Shown: positions 38,240-50,149 of the stretch, in pieces
Layout: each line of letters begins with the position of its first letter
Position numbering within the stretch: position 1 is the stretch's first letter
Assembly: GCA_964016885.1 (NCBI GenBank)
Contig: OZ024743.1
Location: 139,004,001-139,068,000 of the forward strand
From: Eledone cirrhosa
Taxonomy: Eukaryota
Length of the DNA stretch: 64,000 nt
Direction of reading: 5' to 3'
The notes under the pieces: generated by a model
Database searches by the model: none
What the model was told of the DNA's origin: nothing
Seen by the model: the letters and a program-made list of their open reading frames with translations, nothing else
Translations under genes and position numbers: made by a program

Positions 38240-40490
38240 TGTTTGGTGCTTGGTGCTTGGTGTTTGGTGCTTCGTGCTTGGTGCTTGGTGTTTGGTGCAT
38301 GGTGCTTGGTGTTTGGGGCTTGGTGCCTGGTGCTTTGTGTTTGGTGCTAGGAGCTTGGTGCTTGGACTTTGGTGCTTGGTGCTTGGTGCTTGGTGCTTGG
38401 TGTTTGGTGCTTGGTGCTTGGTGCTTGGTTATTAGTGTTTGGTGCTTGGTGCTTGGGGTTTGGTGTTTGGTGCTTGGTGCTTGGTGTTTGGTGTTTGCTG
38501 TATGGTGTTTGCTGTTTGGTGTTTGGTGTTTGCTGTTTGGTGTTTAGTGCTTGGTGCTTGGTGCTTGGTGTTTGGTGGTTGGTGCTTGGTGCTTGGTGTT
38601 TGGCGTTTGCTCTTTGCTGTTTGGTGTTTGGTGCTTGCTGTTTGGTGGTTGGTGTTTGGTGTTTGGTGTTTGGTGCTTGCTGTTTGGTGCTTGGTGCTTG
38701 GTGTTTGGTGTTTGGTGTTTGGTGCTTGGTGCTTGGTGTTTGGTGGTTGGTGCTTGGTGCTGGGTGTTTGGTGCTTGTTGCTTGGTGCTTGGTGCTTGGT
38801 GCTTGGTGCTTGGTGCTTGGTCTTTGGTGCTTGGTGTTTGGTGTTTGGTGCTTGGTGCTTGGTGTTTGGTGCTTGGGGCTTGGTGTTTGGTGCTTGGTGA
38901 TTGCTGCTTGGTGTTTGGTGTTTGGTGCTTGGTGCTTGGTGCTTGGTGATTAGTGTTTGGTGCTTGGTGCTTGGTGCCTTGTGCTTGGTGCTTGGTGCTT
39001 GTTGTTTGGTGCTTGGTGCTTGGTGATTAGTGTTTGGTGCTTGGTGCTTGGTGCCTGGTGCTTGGTGCTTGTTGTTTGGTGCTTGGTACTTGGTGATTAG
39101 TGTTTGGTGCCTGGTGCTTGGTGCTTGCTGTTTGGTGGTTGCTGTTTGGTGCTTGGTGTTTGGTGCTTGGTGCTTGGTGCTGGGTGGTTGGTGTTTGGTG
39201 CTTGGTGCTTGGTGTTTGGTGCTTGGTGCTTGGTGCTTGTTGTTTGGTGCTTGGTGCTTGGTCTTTGGTGCTTGGTGCTTGGTGTTTGGTGTTTGGTGTT
39301 TGGTGTTTCGTGCTTGGTGTCTAGTGTTTGGGTTTTGGTGTTTGGCGCTTGGTGCTTAGTGTTTGGTGTTTGGTGCTTGGTGCTTGGTGTTTGGTGTTTG
39401 GTGCTTGGTGTTTGGTGCTGGGTGCTTTGTGCTTGGTGTTTGGTGCTGGGTGTATGGTGTTTGGTGCTTGGTGCTTGGTGCTTGGTGTTTGGTGTTTGGT
39501 GCTTGGTACTTGGTGTTTGGTGTTTGATGCTTGGTGTTTGATGCTTGTTGCTTGGTGCTTGGTGTTTTGTGTTTGGTGTTTGGTACTTGGTGTATGTACT
39601 TGGTGCTTGGTGCTTGGTGTTTGGTGCTTGGTTCTTGGTGTTTGGTGCTTGGTGCTTGGTGTTTGGTGCTTGGTGTTTGGTGTTTGGTGCTTGGTGTTTG
39701 GTACTTGGTGCTTGGTGCTTGGTGTTAAGTGTTTGGTGCTTGGTGCTTGGTGTTTGGTGCTTCGTGCTTGGTTCTTGGTGTTTGGTACATGGTGCTTGGT
39801 GTTTGGGGCTTGGTGCCTGGTGCTTTGTGTTTGGTGCTAGGTGCTTGGTGCTTGGTCTTTGGTGTTTGGTGCTTGGTGCTTGGTGCTTGGTGTTTGGTGC
39901 TTGGTGCTTGGTGCTTGGTTATTAGTGTTTGGTGCTTGGTGCTTGGGGTTTGGTGTTTGGTGCTTGGTGCTTGGTGTTTGGCGTTTGCTCTTTGCTGTTT
40001 GGTGTTTGGTGCTTGCTGTTTGGTGTTTGGTGTTTGGTGTTTGGTGTTTGGTGCTTGCTGTTTGGTGCTTGGTGCTTGGTGCTGGGTGTTTGGTGCTTGG
40101 TGCTTGATGCTTGGTGCTTGGTGTTTGGTCCTTGGGGCTTGGTGCTTGGTCTTTGGTGCTTGGGATTTGGTGTTTGGTGCATGGTGCTCGGTGTTTGGTG
40201 GTTGGTGCTTGGTGCTTGGTGTTTGGTGTTTGGTGCTTGCTGCTTGGTGCTTGGTGTTTGGTGCTTGGTCCTTGGTGATTAGTGTTTGGTGCATGGTGCT
40301 TGGTGTTTGTTGTTTGGTGCTTGGTGCTTGGTGTTTGGTGCTTGGTGCTTGCTGTTTGGTATTTGGTGTTTGGTGCTTGGTGCTTGGTGTTTGGTGCTTG
40401 GTGTTTGGTTCTTGGTGTATGTACTTGGTGCTTGGTGCTTGGTGTTTGGTGCTTGGTTCTTGGTGTTTGGTGCTTGGTGTTTGGTGCTTG
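38240..40490 (+). repeat. Further copy of the block seen at ~19240, ~25130 and ~31815
   Basis: Shared markers CTAGGAGC (19349, 25237, 31921, 38347) and GGCGC (20346, 26185, 32911, 39344). ORF pairs 32597/39030 and 33296/39729 are offset by 6433. Confidence 0.88.
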
Positions 40491-41323
40491 GTGTTCGGTG
40501 CTTGGTGGTTGGTGCTTGGTACTTGGTGTTAGGTTTTTGGTGCTTGGGGCTTGGTGTTTGGTGTTTGGTGCTCGGTGCTTGGTGTTTGGTGTTTGGTGCT
40601 TGGTGTTTGGTGCTTGGTGCTTTGTGCTTGGTGTTTGGTGCTGGGTGTATGGTGTTTGGTGCTTGGTGCTTGGTGCTTGGTGTTTGGTGTTTGGTGCTTG
40701 GTACTTGGTGTTTGGTGTTTGATGCTTGGTGTTTGATGCTTGTTGCTTGGTGCTTGGTGTTTTGTGTTTGGTGTTTGGTGCTTGGTGTTTAGTGCTTGGT
40801 GCTTGGTGTTTGGTGCTTGGTGTTTGGTGTTTGGTGCTTGGTGTTTGGTACTTGGTGCTTGGTGCTTGGTGTTAAGTGTTTGGTGCTTGGTGCTTGGTGT
40901 TTGGTGCTTCGTGCTTGGTGCTTGGTGTTTGGTGCATGGTGCTTGGTGTTTGAGGCTTGGTGCCTGGTGCTTTGTGTTTGGTGCTAGGTGCTTGGTGCTT
41001 GGTCTTTGGTGTTTGGTGTTGGTGCTTGGTGCTTGGTGTTTGGTGCTTGGTGATTGGTGCTTGGTGCTTGGTTATTAGTGTTTGGTGCTTGTTGCTTGGG
41101 GTTTGGTGTTTGGTGCTTGGTGCTTGGTGTTTGGTGTTTGCTGTATGGTGTTTGCTGTTTCGTGTTTGGTGTTTGCTGTTTGGTGTTTAATGCTTGGTGC
41201 TTGGTGCATGGTGTTTGGTGCTTGGTGCTTGGTGCTTGGTGTTTGGCGTTTGCTCTTTGCTGTTTGGTGTTTGGTGCTTGCTGTTTGGTGTTTGGTGTTT
41301 GGTGTTTGGTGTTTGGTGCTTGC

Positions 41324-44300
41324 TGTTTGGTGCTTGGTGCTTGGTGTTTGGTGTTTGGTGTTTGGTGCTTGGTGCTTGGTGTTTGGTGCTTGGTGCTTGG
41401 TGCTGGGTGTTTGGTGCTTGGTGCTTGGTGTTTGGTGCTTGGTGCTTGATGCTTGGTGCTTGGTGTTTGGTCCTTGGGGCTTGGTGCTTGGTCTTTGGTG
41501 CTTGGGATTTGGTGTTTGGTGCATGGTGCTCGGTGTTTGGTGCTTGGTGCGTGGTGCTTGGTGTTTGGTGTTTGGTGCTTGCTGCTTGGTGCTTGGTGTT
41601 TGGTGCTTGGTGCTTGGTGATTAGTGTTTGGTGCATGGTGCTTGGTGTTTGTTGTTTGGTGCTTGGTGCTTGGTGTTTGGTGCTTGGTGCTTGCTGTTTG
41701 GTGTTTGGTGTTTGGTGCTTGGTGCTTGGTCTTTGGTGTTTGGTGTTTGGTGTTTGGTGCTTGGTGCTTGGTGTTTGGTGCTTGGTGTTCGGTGCTTGGT
41801 GTATGTGCTTGGTGCTTGGTGCTTGGTGCTTGGTTCTTGGTGTTTGGTGCTTGGTGTTTGGTGCTTGGTGTTTGGTGCTTGGTGCTTGGTGTTTGGTACT
41901 TGGTGCTTGGTGTTTGGTGTTTGGTGCTTGGTGTTTGTTACTTGGTGCTTGGTGCTTGGTGTTAAGTGTTTGGTGCTTGGTGCTTGGTGTTTGGTGCTTC
42001 GTGCTTGGTGCTTAGTGTTTGGTGCATGGTGCTTGATGTTTGGGGCTTGGTGCCTGGTGCTTGGAGTTTGGTGCTTGGTGCTTGGTGCTTGGTGTTTGGT
42101 GTTTGGTGCTTGGTGCTTGGTGTTTGGTGCTTGGTGTTTGGTGCTTGGTGTTCGGTGCTTGGTGCTTGGTGCTTGGTACTTGGTGTTAGGTTTTTGGTGC
42201 TTGGGGCTTGGTGTTTGGTGTTTGGTGCTTGGTGCTTGGTGTTTGGTGTTTGGTGCTTGGTGTTTGGTGCTTGGTGCTTTGTGCTTGGTGTTTGGTGCTG
42301 GGTGTATGGTGTTTGGTGCTTGGTGCTTGGTGCTTTGTGTTTGGTGTTTGGTGCTTGGTACTTGGTGTTTGGTGTTTGATGCTTGGTGTTTGATGCTTGT
42401 TGATTGCTGCTTGGTGTTTTGTGTTTGGTGTTTGGTGCTTGGTGTATGTACTTGGTGCTTGGTGCTTGGTGTTTGGTGCTTGGTTCTTGGTGTTTGGTGC
42501 TTGGTGCTTGGTGCTTGGTGTTTGGTGCTTGGTGCTTGGTGTTTGGTGCTTGGTGTTTGGTGTTTGGTGCTTGGTGTTTGGTACTTGGTGCTTGGTGCTT
42601 GGTGTTAAGTGTTTGGTGCTTGGTGCTTGGTGTTTGGTGCTTCGTGCTTGGTGCTTGGTGTTTGAGGCTTGGTGCCTGGTGCTTTGTGTTTGGTGCTAGG
42701 TGCTTGGTGCTTGGTCTTTGGTGTTTGGTGCTTGGTGCTTGGTGTTTGGTACTTGGTGCTTGGTGTTTGGTGTTTGGTGCTTGGTGTTTGGTGCTTGGTG
42801 CTTGGTGCTTGGTGTTAAGTGTTTGGTGCATGGTGCTTGGTGTTTGGTGCTTCGTTCTTGGTGCTTGGTGTTTGGTGCATGGTGCTTGATGTTTGGGGCT
42901 TGGTGCCTGGTGCTTGGTGTTTGGTGCTTGGTGCTTGGTGCTTGGTGTTTGGTGTTTGGTGCTTGGTGCTTGGTGTTTGGTGCTTGGTGTTTGGTGATTG
43001 GTGTTCGGTGCTTGGTGGTTGGTGCTTGGTACTTGGTGTTAGGTTTTTGGTGCTTGGGGCTTGGTGTTTGGTGTTTGGTGCTTGGTGCTTGGTGTTTGGT
43101 GTTTGGTGCTTGGTGTTTGGTGCTTGGTGCTTTGTGCTTGGTGTTTGGTGCTGGGTGTATGGTGTTTGGTGCTTGGTGCTTGGTGCTTGGTGTTTGGTGT
43201 TTGGTGCTTGGTACTTGGTGTTTGGTGTTTGATGCTTGGTGTTTGATGCTTGTTGCTTGGTGCTTGGTGTTTTGTGTTTGGTGTTTGGTGCTTGGTGTTT
43301 GGTGCTTGGTGCTTGGTGTTTGGTGCTTGGTGTTTGGTGTTTGGTGCTTGGTGTTTGGTACTTGGTGCTTGGTGCTTGGTGTTAAGTGTTTGGTGCTTGG
43401 TGCTTGGTGTTTGGTGCTTCGTGCTTGGTGCTTGGTGTTTGGTGCATGGTGCTTGGTGTTTGAGGCTTGGTGCCTGGTGCTTTGTGTTTGGTGCTAGGTG
43501 CTTGGTGCTTGGTCTTTGGTGTTTGGTGTTGGTGCTTGGTGCTTGGTGTTTGGTGCTTGGTGATTGGTGCTTGGTGCTTGGTTATTAGTGTTTGGTGCTT
43601 GTTGCTTGGGGTTTGGTGTTTGGTGCTTGGTGCTTGGTGTTTGGTGTTTGCTGTATGGTGTTTGCTGTTTGGTGTTTGGTGTTTGCTGTTTGGTGTTTGG
43701 TGTTTGGTGTTTGGTGTTTGGTGTTTGGTGCTTGCTGTTTGGTGCTTGGTGCTTGGTGTTTGGTGTTTGGTGTTTGGTGCTTGGTGCTTGGTGTTTGGTG
43801 CTTGGGGCTTGGTGCTTGGTCTTTGGTGCTTGGGATTTGGTGTTTGGTGCATGGTGCTCGGTGTTTGGTGCTTGGTGCGTGGTGCTTGGTGTTTGGTGTT
43901 TGGTGCTTGCTGCTTGGTGCTTGGTGTTTGGTGCTTGGTGCTTGGTGATTAGTGTTTGGTGCATGGTGCTTGGTGTTTGTTGTTTGGTGCTTGGTGCTTG
44001 GTGTTTGGTGCTTGGTGCTTGCTGTTTGGTGTTTGGTGTTTGGTGCTTGGTTCTTGGTCTTTGGTGTTTGGTGTTTGGTGTTTGGTGCTTGGTGCTTGGT
44101 GTTTGGTGCTTGGTGTTTGGTGCTTGGTGTATGTGCTTGGTGCTTGGTGCTTGGTGCTTGGTTCTTGGTGTTTGGTGCTTGGTGTTTGGTGCTTGGTGTT
44201 TGGTGCTTGGTGCTTGGTGTTTGGTACTTGGTGCTTGGTGTTTGGTGTTTGGTGCTTGGTGTTTGGTGCTTGGTGCTTGGTGCTTGGTGTTAAGTGTTTG

Positions 44301-47300
44301 GTGCTTGGTGCTTGGTGTTTGGTGCTTCGTGCTTGGTGCTTAGTGTTTGGTGCATGGTGCTTGATGTTTGGGGCTTGGTGCCTGGTGCTTGGAGTTTGGT
44401 GCTTGGTGCTTGGTGCTTGGTGTTTGGTGTTTGGTGCTTGGTGCTTGGTGTTTGGTGCTTGGTGTTTGGTGCTTGGTGTTCGGTGCTTGGTGCTTGGTGC
44501 TTGGTACTTGGTGTTAGGTTTTTGGTGCTTGGGGCTTGGTGTTTGGTGTTTGGTGCTTGGTGCTTGGTGTTTGGTGTTTGGTGCTTGGTGTTTGGTGCTG
44601 GGTGTATGGTGTTTGGTGCTTGGTGCTTGGTGCTTGGTGTTTGGTGTTTGGTGCTTGGTACTTGGTGTTTGGTGTTTGATGCTTGGTGTTTGATGCTTGT
44701 TGATTGGTGCTTGGTGTTTTGTGTTTGGTGTTTGGTGCTTGGTGTATGTACTTGGTGCTTGGTGCTTGGTGTTTGGTGCTTGGTTCTTGGTGTTTGGTGC
44801 TTGGTGCTTGGTGCTTGGTGTTTGGTGCTTGGTGCTTGGTGTTTGGTGCTTGGTGTTTGGTGTTTGGTGCTTGGTGTTTGGTACTTGGTGCTTGGTGCTT
44901 GGTGTTAAGTGTTTGGTGCTTGGTGCTTGGTGTTTGGTGCTTCGTGCTTGGTGCTTGGTGTTTGAGGCTTGGTGCCTGGTGCTTTGTGTTTGGTGCTAGG
45001 TGCTTGGTGCTTGGTCTTTGGTGTTTTGTGCTTGGTGCTTGGTGCTTGGTGTTTGGTGCTTGGTGCTTGGTGCTTGGTTATTAGTGTTTGGTGCTTGGTG
45101 CTTGGGGTTTGGTGTTTGGTGCTTGGTGCTTGGTGTTTGGTGTTTGCTGTATGGTGTTTGCTGTTTCGTGTTTGGTGTTTGCTGTTTGGTGTTTAATGCT
45201 TGGTGCTTGGTGCTTGGTGTTTGGTGCTTGGTGCTTGGTGCTTGGTGTTTGGCGTTTGCTCTTTGCTTTTTGGTGTTTGGTGCTTGGTGCTTGGTGTTTG
45301 GTGTTTGGTGTTTGGTGCTTGGTGCTTGGTGTTTGGTGCTTGGTGCTTGGTGCTGGGTGTTTGGTGCTTGGTGCTTGGTGTTTGGTGCTTGGTGCTTGAT
45401 GCTTGGTGCTTGGTGTTTGGTCCTTGGGGCTTGGTGCTTGGTCTTTGGTGCTTGGGATTTGGTGTTTGGTGCATGGTGCTCGGTGTTTGGTGCTTGGTGC
45501 GTGGTGCTTGGTGTTTGGTGTTTGGTGCTTGCTGCTTGGTGCTTGGTGTTTGGTGCTTGGTGCTTGGTGATTAGTGTTTGGTGCATGGTGCTTGGTGTTT
45601 GTTGTTTGGTGCTTGGTGCTTGGTGTTTGGTGCTTGGTGCTTGCTGTTTGGTGTTTGGTGTTTGGTGCTTGGTGCTTGGTCTTTGGTGTTTGGTGTTTGG
45701 TGTTTGGTGCTTGGTGCTTGGTGTTTGGTGCTTGGTGTTCGGTGCTTGGTGTATGTGCTTGGTGCTTGGTGCTTGGTGCTTGGTTCTTGGTGTTTGGTGC
45801 TTGGTGTTTGGTGCTTGGTGTTTGGTGCTTGGTGCTTGGTGTTTGGTACTTGGTGCTTGGTGTTTGGTGTTTGGTGCTTGGTGTTTGTTACTTGGTGCTT
45901 GGTGCTTGGTGTTAAGTGTTTGGTGCTTGGTGCTTGGTGTTTGGTGCTTCGTGCTTGGTGCTTAGTGTTTGGTGCATGGTGCTTGATGTTTGGGGCTTGG
46001 TGCCTGGTGCTTGGAGTTTGGTGCTTGGTGCTTGGTGCTTGGTGTTTGGTGTTTGGTGCTTGGTGCTTGGTGTTTGGTGCTTGGTGTTTGGTGCTTGGTG
46101 TTCGGTGCTTGGTGCTTGGTGCTTGGTACTTGGTGTTAGGTTTTTGGTGCTTGGGGCTTGGTGTTTGGTGTTTGGTGCTTGGTGCTTGGTGTTTGGTGTT
46201 TGGTGCTTGGTGTTTGGTGCTTGGTGCTTTGTGCTTGGTGTTTGGTGCTGGGTGTATGGTGTTTGGTGCTTGGTGCTTGGTGCTTTGTGTTTGGTGTTTG
46301 GTGCTTGGTACTTGGTGTTTGGTGTTTGATGCTTGGTGTTTGATGCTTGTTGATTGCTGCTTGGTGTTTTGTGTTTGGTGTTTGGTGCTTGGTGTATGTA
46401 CTTGGTGCTTGGTGCTTGGTGTTTGGTGCTTGGTTCTTGGTGTTTGGTGCTTGGTGCTTGGTGCTTGGTGTTTGGTGCTTGGTGCTTGGTGTTTGGTGCT
46501 TGGTGTTTGGTGTTTGGTGCTTGGTGTTTGGTACTTGGTGCTTGGTGCTTGGTGTTAAGTGTTTGGTGCTTGGTGCTTGGTGTTTGGTGCTTCGTGCTTG
46601 GTGCTTGGTGTTTGAGGCTTGGTGCCTGGTGCTTTGTGTTTGGTGCTAGGTGCTTGGTGCTTGGTCTTTGGTGTTTGGTGCTTGGTGCTTGGTGTTTGGT
46701 ACTTGGTGCTTGGTGTTTGGTGTTTGGTGCTTGGTGTTTGGTGCTTGGTGCTTGGTGCTTGGTGTTAAGTGTTTGGTGCATGGTGCTTGGTGTTTGGTGC
46801 TTCGTTCTTGGTGCTTGGTGTTTGGTGCATGGTGCTTGATGTTTGGGGCTTGGTGCCTGGTGCTTGGTGTTTGGTGCTTGGTGCTTGGTGCTTGGTGTTT
46901 GGTGTTTGGTGCTTGGTGCTTGGTGTTTGGTGCTTGGTGTTTGGTGATTGGTGTTCGGTGCTTGGTGGTTGGTGCTTGGTACTTGGTGTTAGGTTTTTGG
47001 TGCTTGGGGCTTGGTGTTTGGTGTTTGGTGCTTGGTGCTTGGTGTTTGGTGTTTGGTGCTTGGTGTTTGGTGCTTGGTGCTTTGTGCTTGGTGTTTGGTG
47101 CTGGGTGTATGGTGTTTGGTGCTTGGTGCTTGGTGCTTGGTGTTTGGTGTTTGGTGCTTGGTACTTGGTGTTTGGTGTTTGATGCTTGGTGTTTGATGCT
47201 TGTTGCTTGGTGCTTGGTGTTTTGTGTTTGGTGTTTGGTGCTTGGTGTTTGGTGCTTGGTGCTTGGTGTTTGGTGCTTGGTGTTTGGTGTTTGGTGCTTG

Positions 47301-49236
47301 GTGTTTGGTACTTGGTGCTTGGTGCTTGGTGTTAAGTGTTTGGTGCTTGGTGCTTGGTGTTTGGTGCTTCGTGCTTGGTGCTTGGTGTTTGGTGCATGGT
47401 GCTTGGTGTTTGAGGCTTGGTGCCTGGTGCTTTGTGTTTGGTGCTAGGTGCTTGGTGCTTGGTCTTTGGTGTTTGGTGTTGGTGCTTGGTGCTTGGTGTT
47501 TGGTGCTTGGTGATTGGTGCTTGGTGCTTGGTTATTAGTGTTTGGTGCTTGTTGCTTGGGGTTTGGTGTTTGGTGCTTGGTGCTTGGTGTTTGGTGTTTG
47601 CTGTATGGTGTTTGCTGTTTGGTGTTTGGTGTTTGCTGTTTGGTGTTTGGTGTTTGGTGTTTGGTGTTTGGTGTTTGGTGCTTGCTGTTTGGTGCTTGGT
47701 GCTTGGTGTTTGGTGTTTGGTGTTTGGTGCTTGGTGCTTGGTGTTTGGTGCTTGGGGCTTGGTGCTTGGTCTTTGGTGCTTGGGATTTGGTGTTTGGTGC
47801 ATGGTGCTCGGTGTTTGGTGCTTGGTGCGTGGTGCTTGGTGTTTGGTGTTTGGTGCTTGCTGCTTGGTGCTTGGTGTTTGGTGCTTGGTGCTTGGTGATT
47901 AGTGTTTGGTGCATGGTGCTTGGTGTTTGTTGTTTGGTGCTTGGTGCTTGGTGTTTGGTGCTTGGTGCTTGCTGTTTGGTGTTTGGTGTTTGGTGCTTGG
48001 TTCTTGGTCTTTGGTGTTTGGTGTTTGGTGTTTGGTGCTTGGTGCTTGGTGTTTGGTGCTTGGTGTTTGGTGCTTGGTGTATGTGCTTGGTGCTTGGTGC
48101 TTGGTGCTTGGTTCTTGGTGTTTGGTGCTTGGTGTTTGGTGCTTGGTGTTTGGTGCTTGGTGCTTGGTGTTTGGTACTTGGTGCTTGGTGTTTGGTGTTT
48201 GGTGCTTGGTGTTTGGTGCTTGGTGCTTGGTGCTTGGTGTTAAGTGTTTGGTGCTTGGTGCTTGGTGTTTGGTGCTTCGTGCTTGGTGCTTAGTGTTTGG
48301 TGCATGGTGCTTGATGTTTGGGGCTTGGTGCCTGGTGCTTGGAGTTTGGTGCTTGGTGCTTGGTGCTTGGTGTTTGGTGTTTGGTGCTTGGTGCTTGGTG
48401 TTTGGTGCTTGGTGTTTGGTGCTTGGTGTTCGGTGCTTGGTGCTTGGTGCTTGGTACTTGGTGTTAGGTTTTTGGTGCTTGGGGCTTGGTGTTTGGTGTT
48501 TGGTGCTTGGTGCTTGGTGTTTGGTGTTTGGTGCTTGGTGTTTGGTGCTGGGTGTATGGTGTTTGGTGCTTGGTGCTTGGTGCTTGGTGTTTGGTGTTTG
48601 GTGCTTGGTACTTGGTGTTTGGTGTTTGATGCTTGGTGTTTGATGCTTGTTGATTGGTGCTTGGTGTTTTGTGTTTGGTGTTTGGTGCTTGGTGTATGTA
48701 CTTGGTGCTTGGTGCTTGGTGTTTGGTGCTTGGTTCTTGGTGTTTGGTGCTTGGTGCTTGGTGCTTGGTGTTTGGTGCTTGGTGCTTGGTGTTTGGTGCT
48801 TGGTGTTTGGTGTTTGGTGCTTGGTGTTTGGTACTTGGTGCTTGGTGCTTGGTGTTAAGTGTTTGGTGCTTGGTGCTTGGTGTTTGGTGCTTCGTGCTTG
48901 GTGCTTGGTGTTTGAGGCTTGGTGCCTGGTGCTTTGTGTTTGGTGCTAGGTGCTTGGTGCTTGGTCTTTGGTGTTTTGTGCTTGGTGCTTGGTGCTTGGT
49001 GTTTGGTGCTTGGTGCTTGGTGCTTGGTTATTAGTGTTTGGTGCTTGGTGCTTGGGGTTTGGTGTTTGGTGCTTGGTGCTTGGTGTTTGGTGTTTGCTGT
49101 ATGGTGTTTGCTGTTTCGTGTTTGGTGTTTGCTGTTTGGTGTTTAATGCTTGGTGCTTGGTGCTTGGTGTTTGGTGCTTGGTGCTTGGTGCTTGGTGTTT
49201 GGCGTTTGCTCTTTGCTTTTTGGTGTTTGGTGCTTG
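41324..49236 (+). repeat. Tandem higher-order duplication, 2 x 3950 bp (565 units minus 5 nt)
   Basis: ORF pairs 41624/45574, 41962/45912(-), 42700/46650, 43564/47514, 44294/48244 and 44969/48919 are offset by 3950 with identical translations. Each copy has five 6-nt units. Confidence 0.95.
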
Positions 49237-49849
49237 CTGTTTGGTGCTTGGTGCTTGGTGTTTGGTGTTTGGTGCTTGGTGCTTGGTGTTTGGTGCTTGG
49301 TGCTTTGTGCTGGGTGTTTGGTGCTTGTTGCTTGGTGTTTGGTGCTTGGTGCTTGATGTTTGGTGCTTGGTGTTTGGTCCTTGGTGCTTGGTGCTTGGTC
49401 TTTGGTGCTTGGGGTTTGGTGTTTGGTGCTTGGTGCTTGGTGTTTGGTGCTTGGTGCTTGGTGCTTGGTGTTTGGTGTTTGGTGCTTGCTGCTTGGTGCT
49501 TGGTGTTTGGTGCTTGGTGCTTGGTGATTAGTGTTTGTTGCATGGTGCTTGGTGTTTGTTGTTTGGTGCTTGGTGCTTGGTGTTTGGTGCTTGGTGCTTG
49601 CTGTTTGGTGTTTGGTGTTTGGTGCTTGGTGCTTGGTGTTTGGTGTTTGTTGTTTGGTGTTTGGTGTTTGGTGCTTGGTGCTTGGTGTTTGGTGCTTGGT
49701 ATTTGGTGCTTGGTGTATGTACTTGGTGCTTGGTGCTTGGTGTTTGGTGCTTGGTTCTTGGTGTTTGGTGCTTGGTGCTTGGTGCTTGGTGTTTGGTGCT
49801 TGGTGCTTGGTGTTTGGTACTTGGTGCTTGGTGTTTGGTGTTTGGTGCT

Positions 49850-50110
49850 TGGTGTTTGGTGCTTGGTGCTTGGTGCTTGGTGTTAAGTGTTTGGTGCTTA
49901 GTGCTTGGTGTTTGGTGCTTCGTGCTTGGTGCTTGGTGTTTGGTGCTTGGTGCTTGGTGTTTGGTGCTTGGTGCTTGGTGTTTGGTACTTGGTGCTTGGT
50001 GTTTGGTGTTTGGTGCTTGGTGTTTGGTGCTTGGTGCTTGGTGCTTGGTGTTAAGTGTTTGGTGCTTGGTGCTTGGTGTTTGGTGCTTCGTGCTTGGTGT
50101 TTGGTGTTTG
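49850..50110 (+). repeat. Local 168-bp (24-unit) duplication; homologous pair at ~54430-54680
   Basis: The TTAAG...TTCGTGC module occurs at 49883 and 50051, and again at 54458 and 54626. Confidence 0.75.
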
Positions 50111-50149
50111 GTGCTAGGTGCTTGGTGCTTGGTGTTTGGTGCTTGGTGC

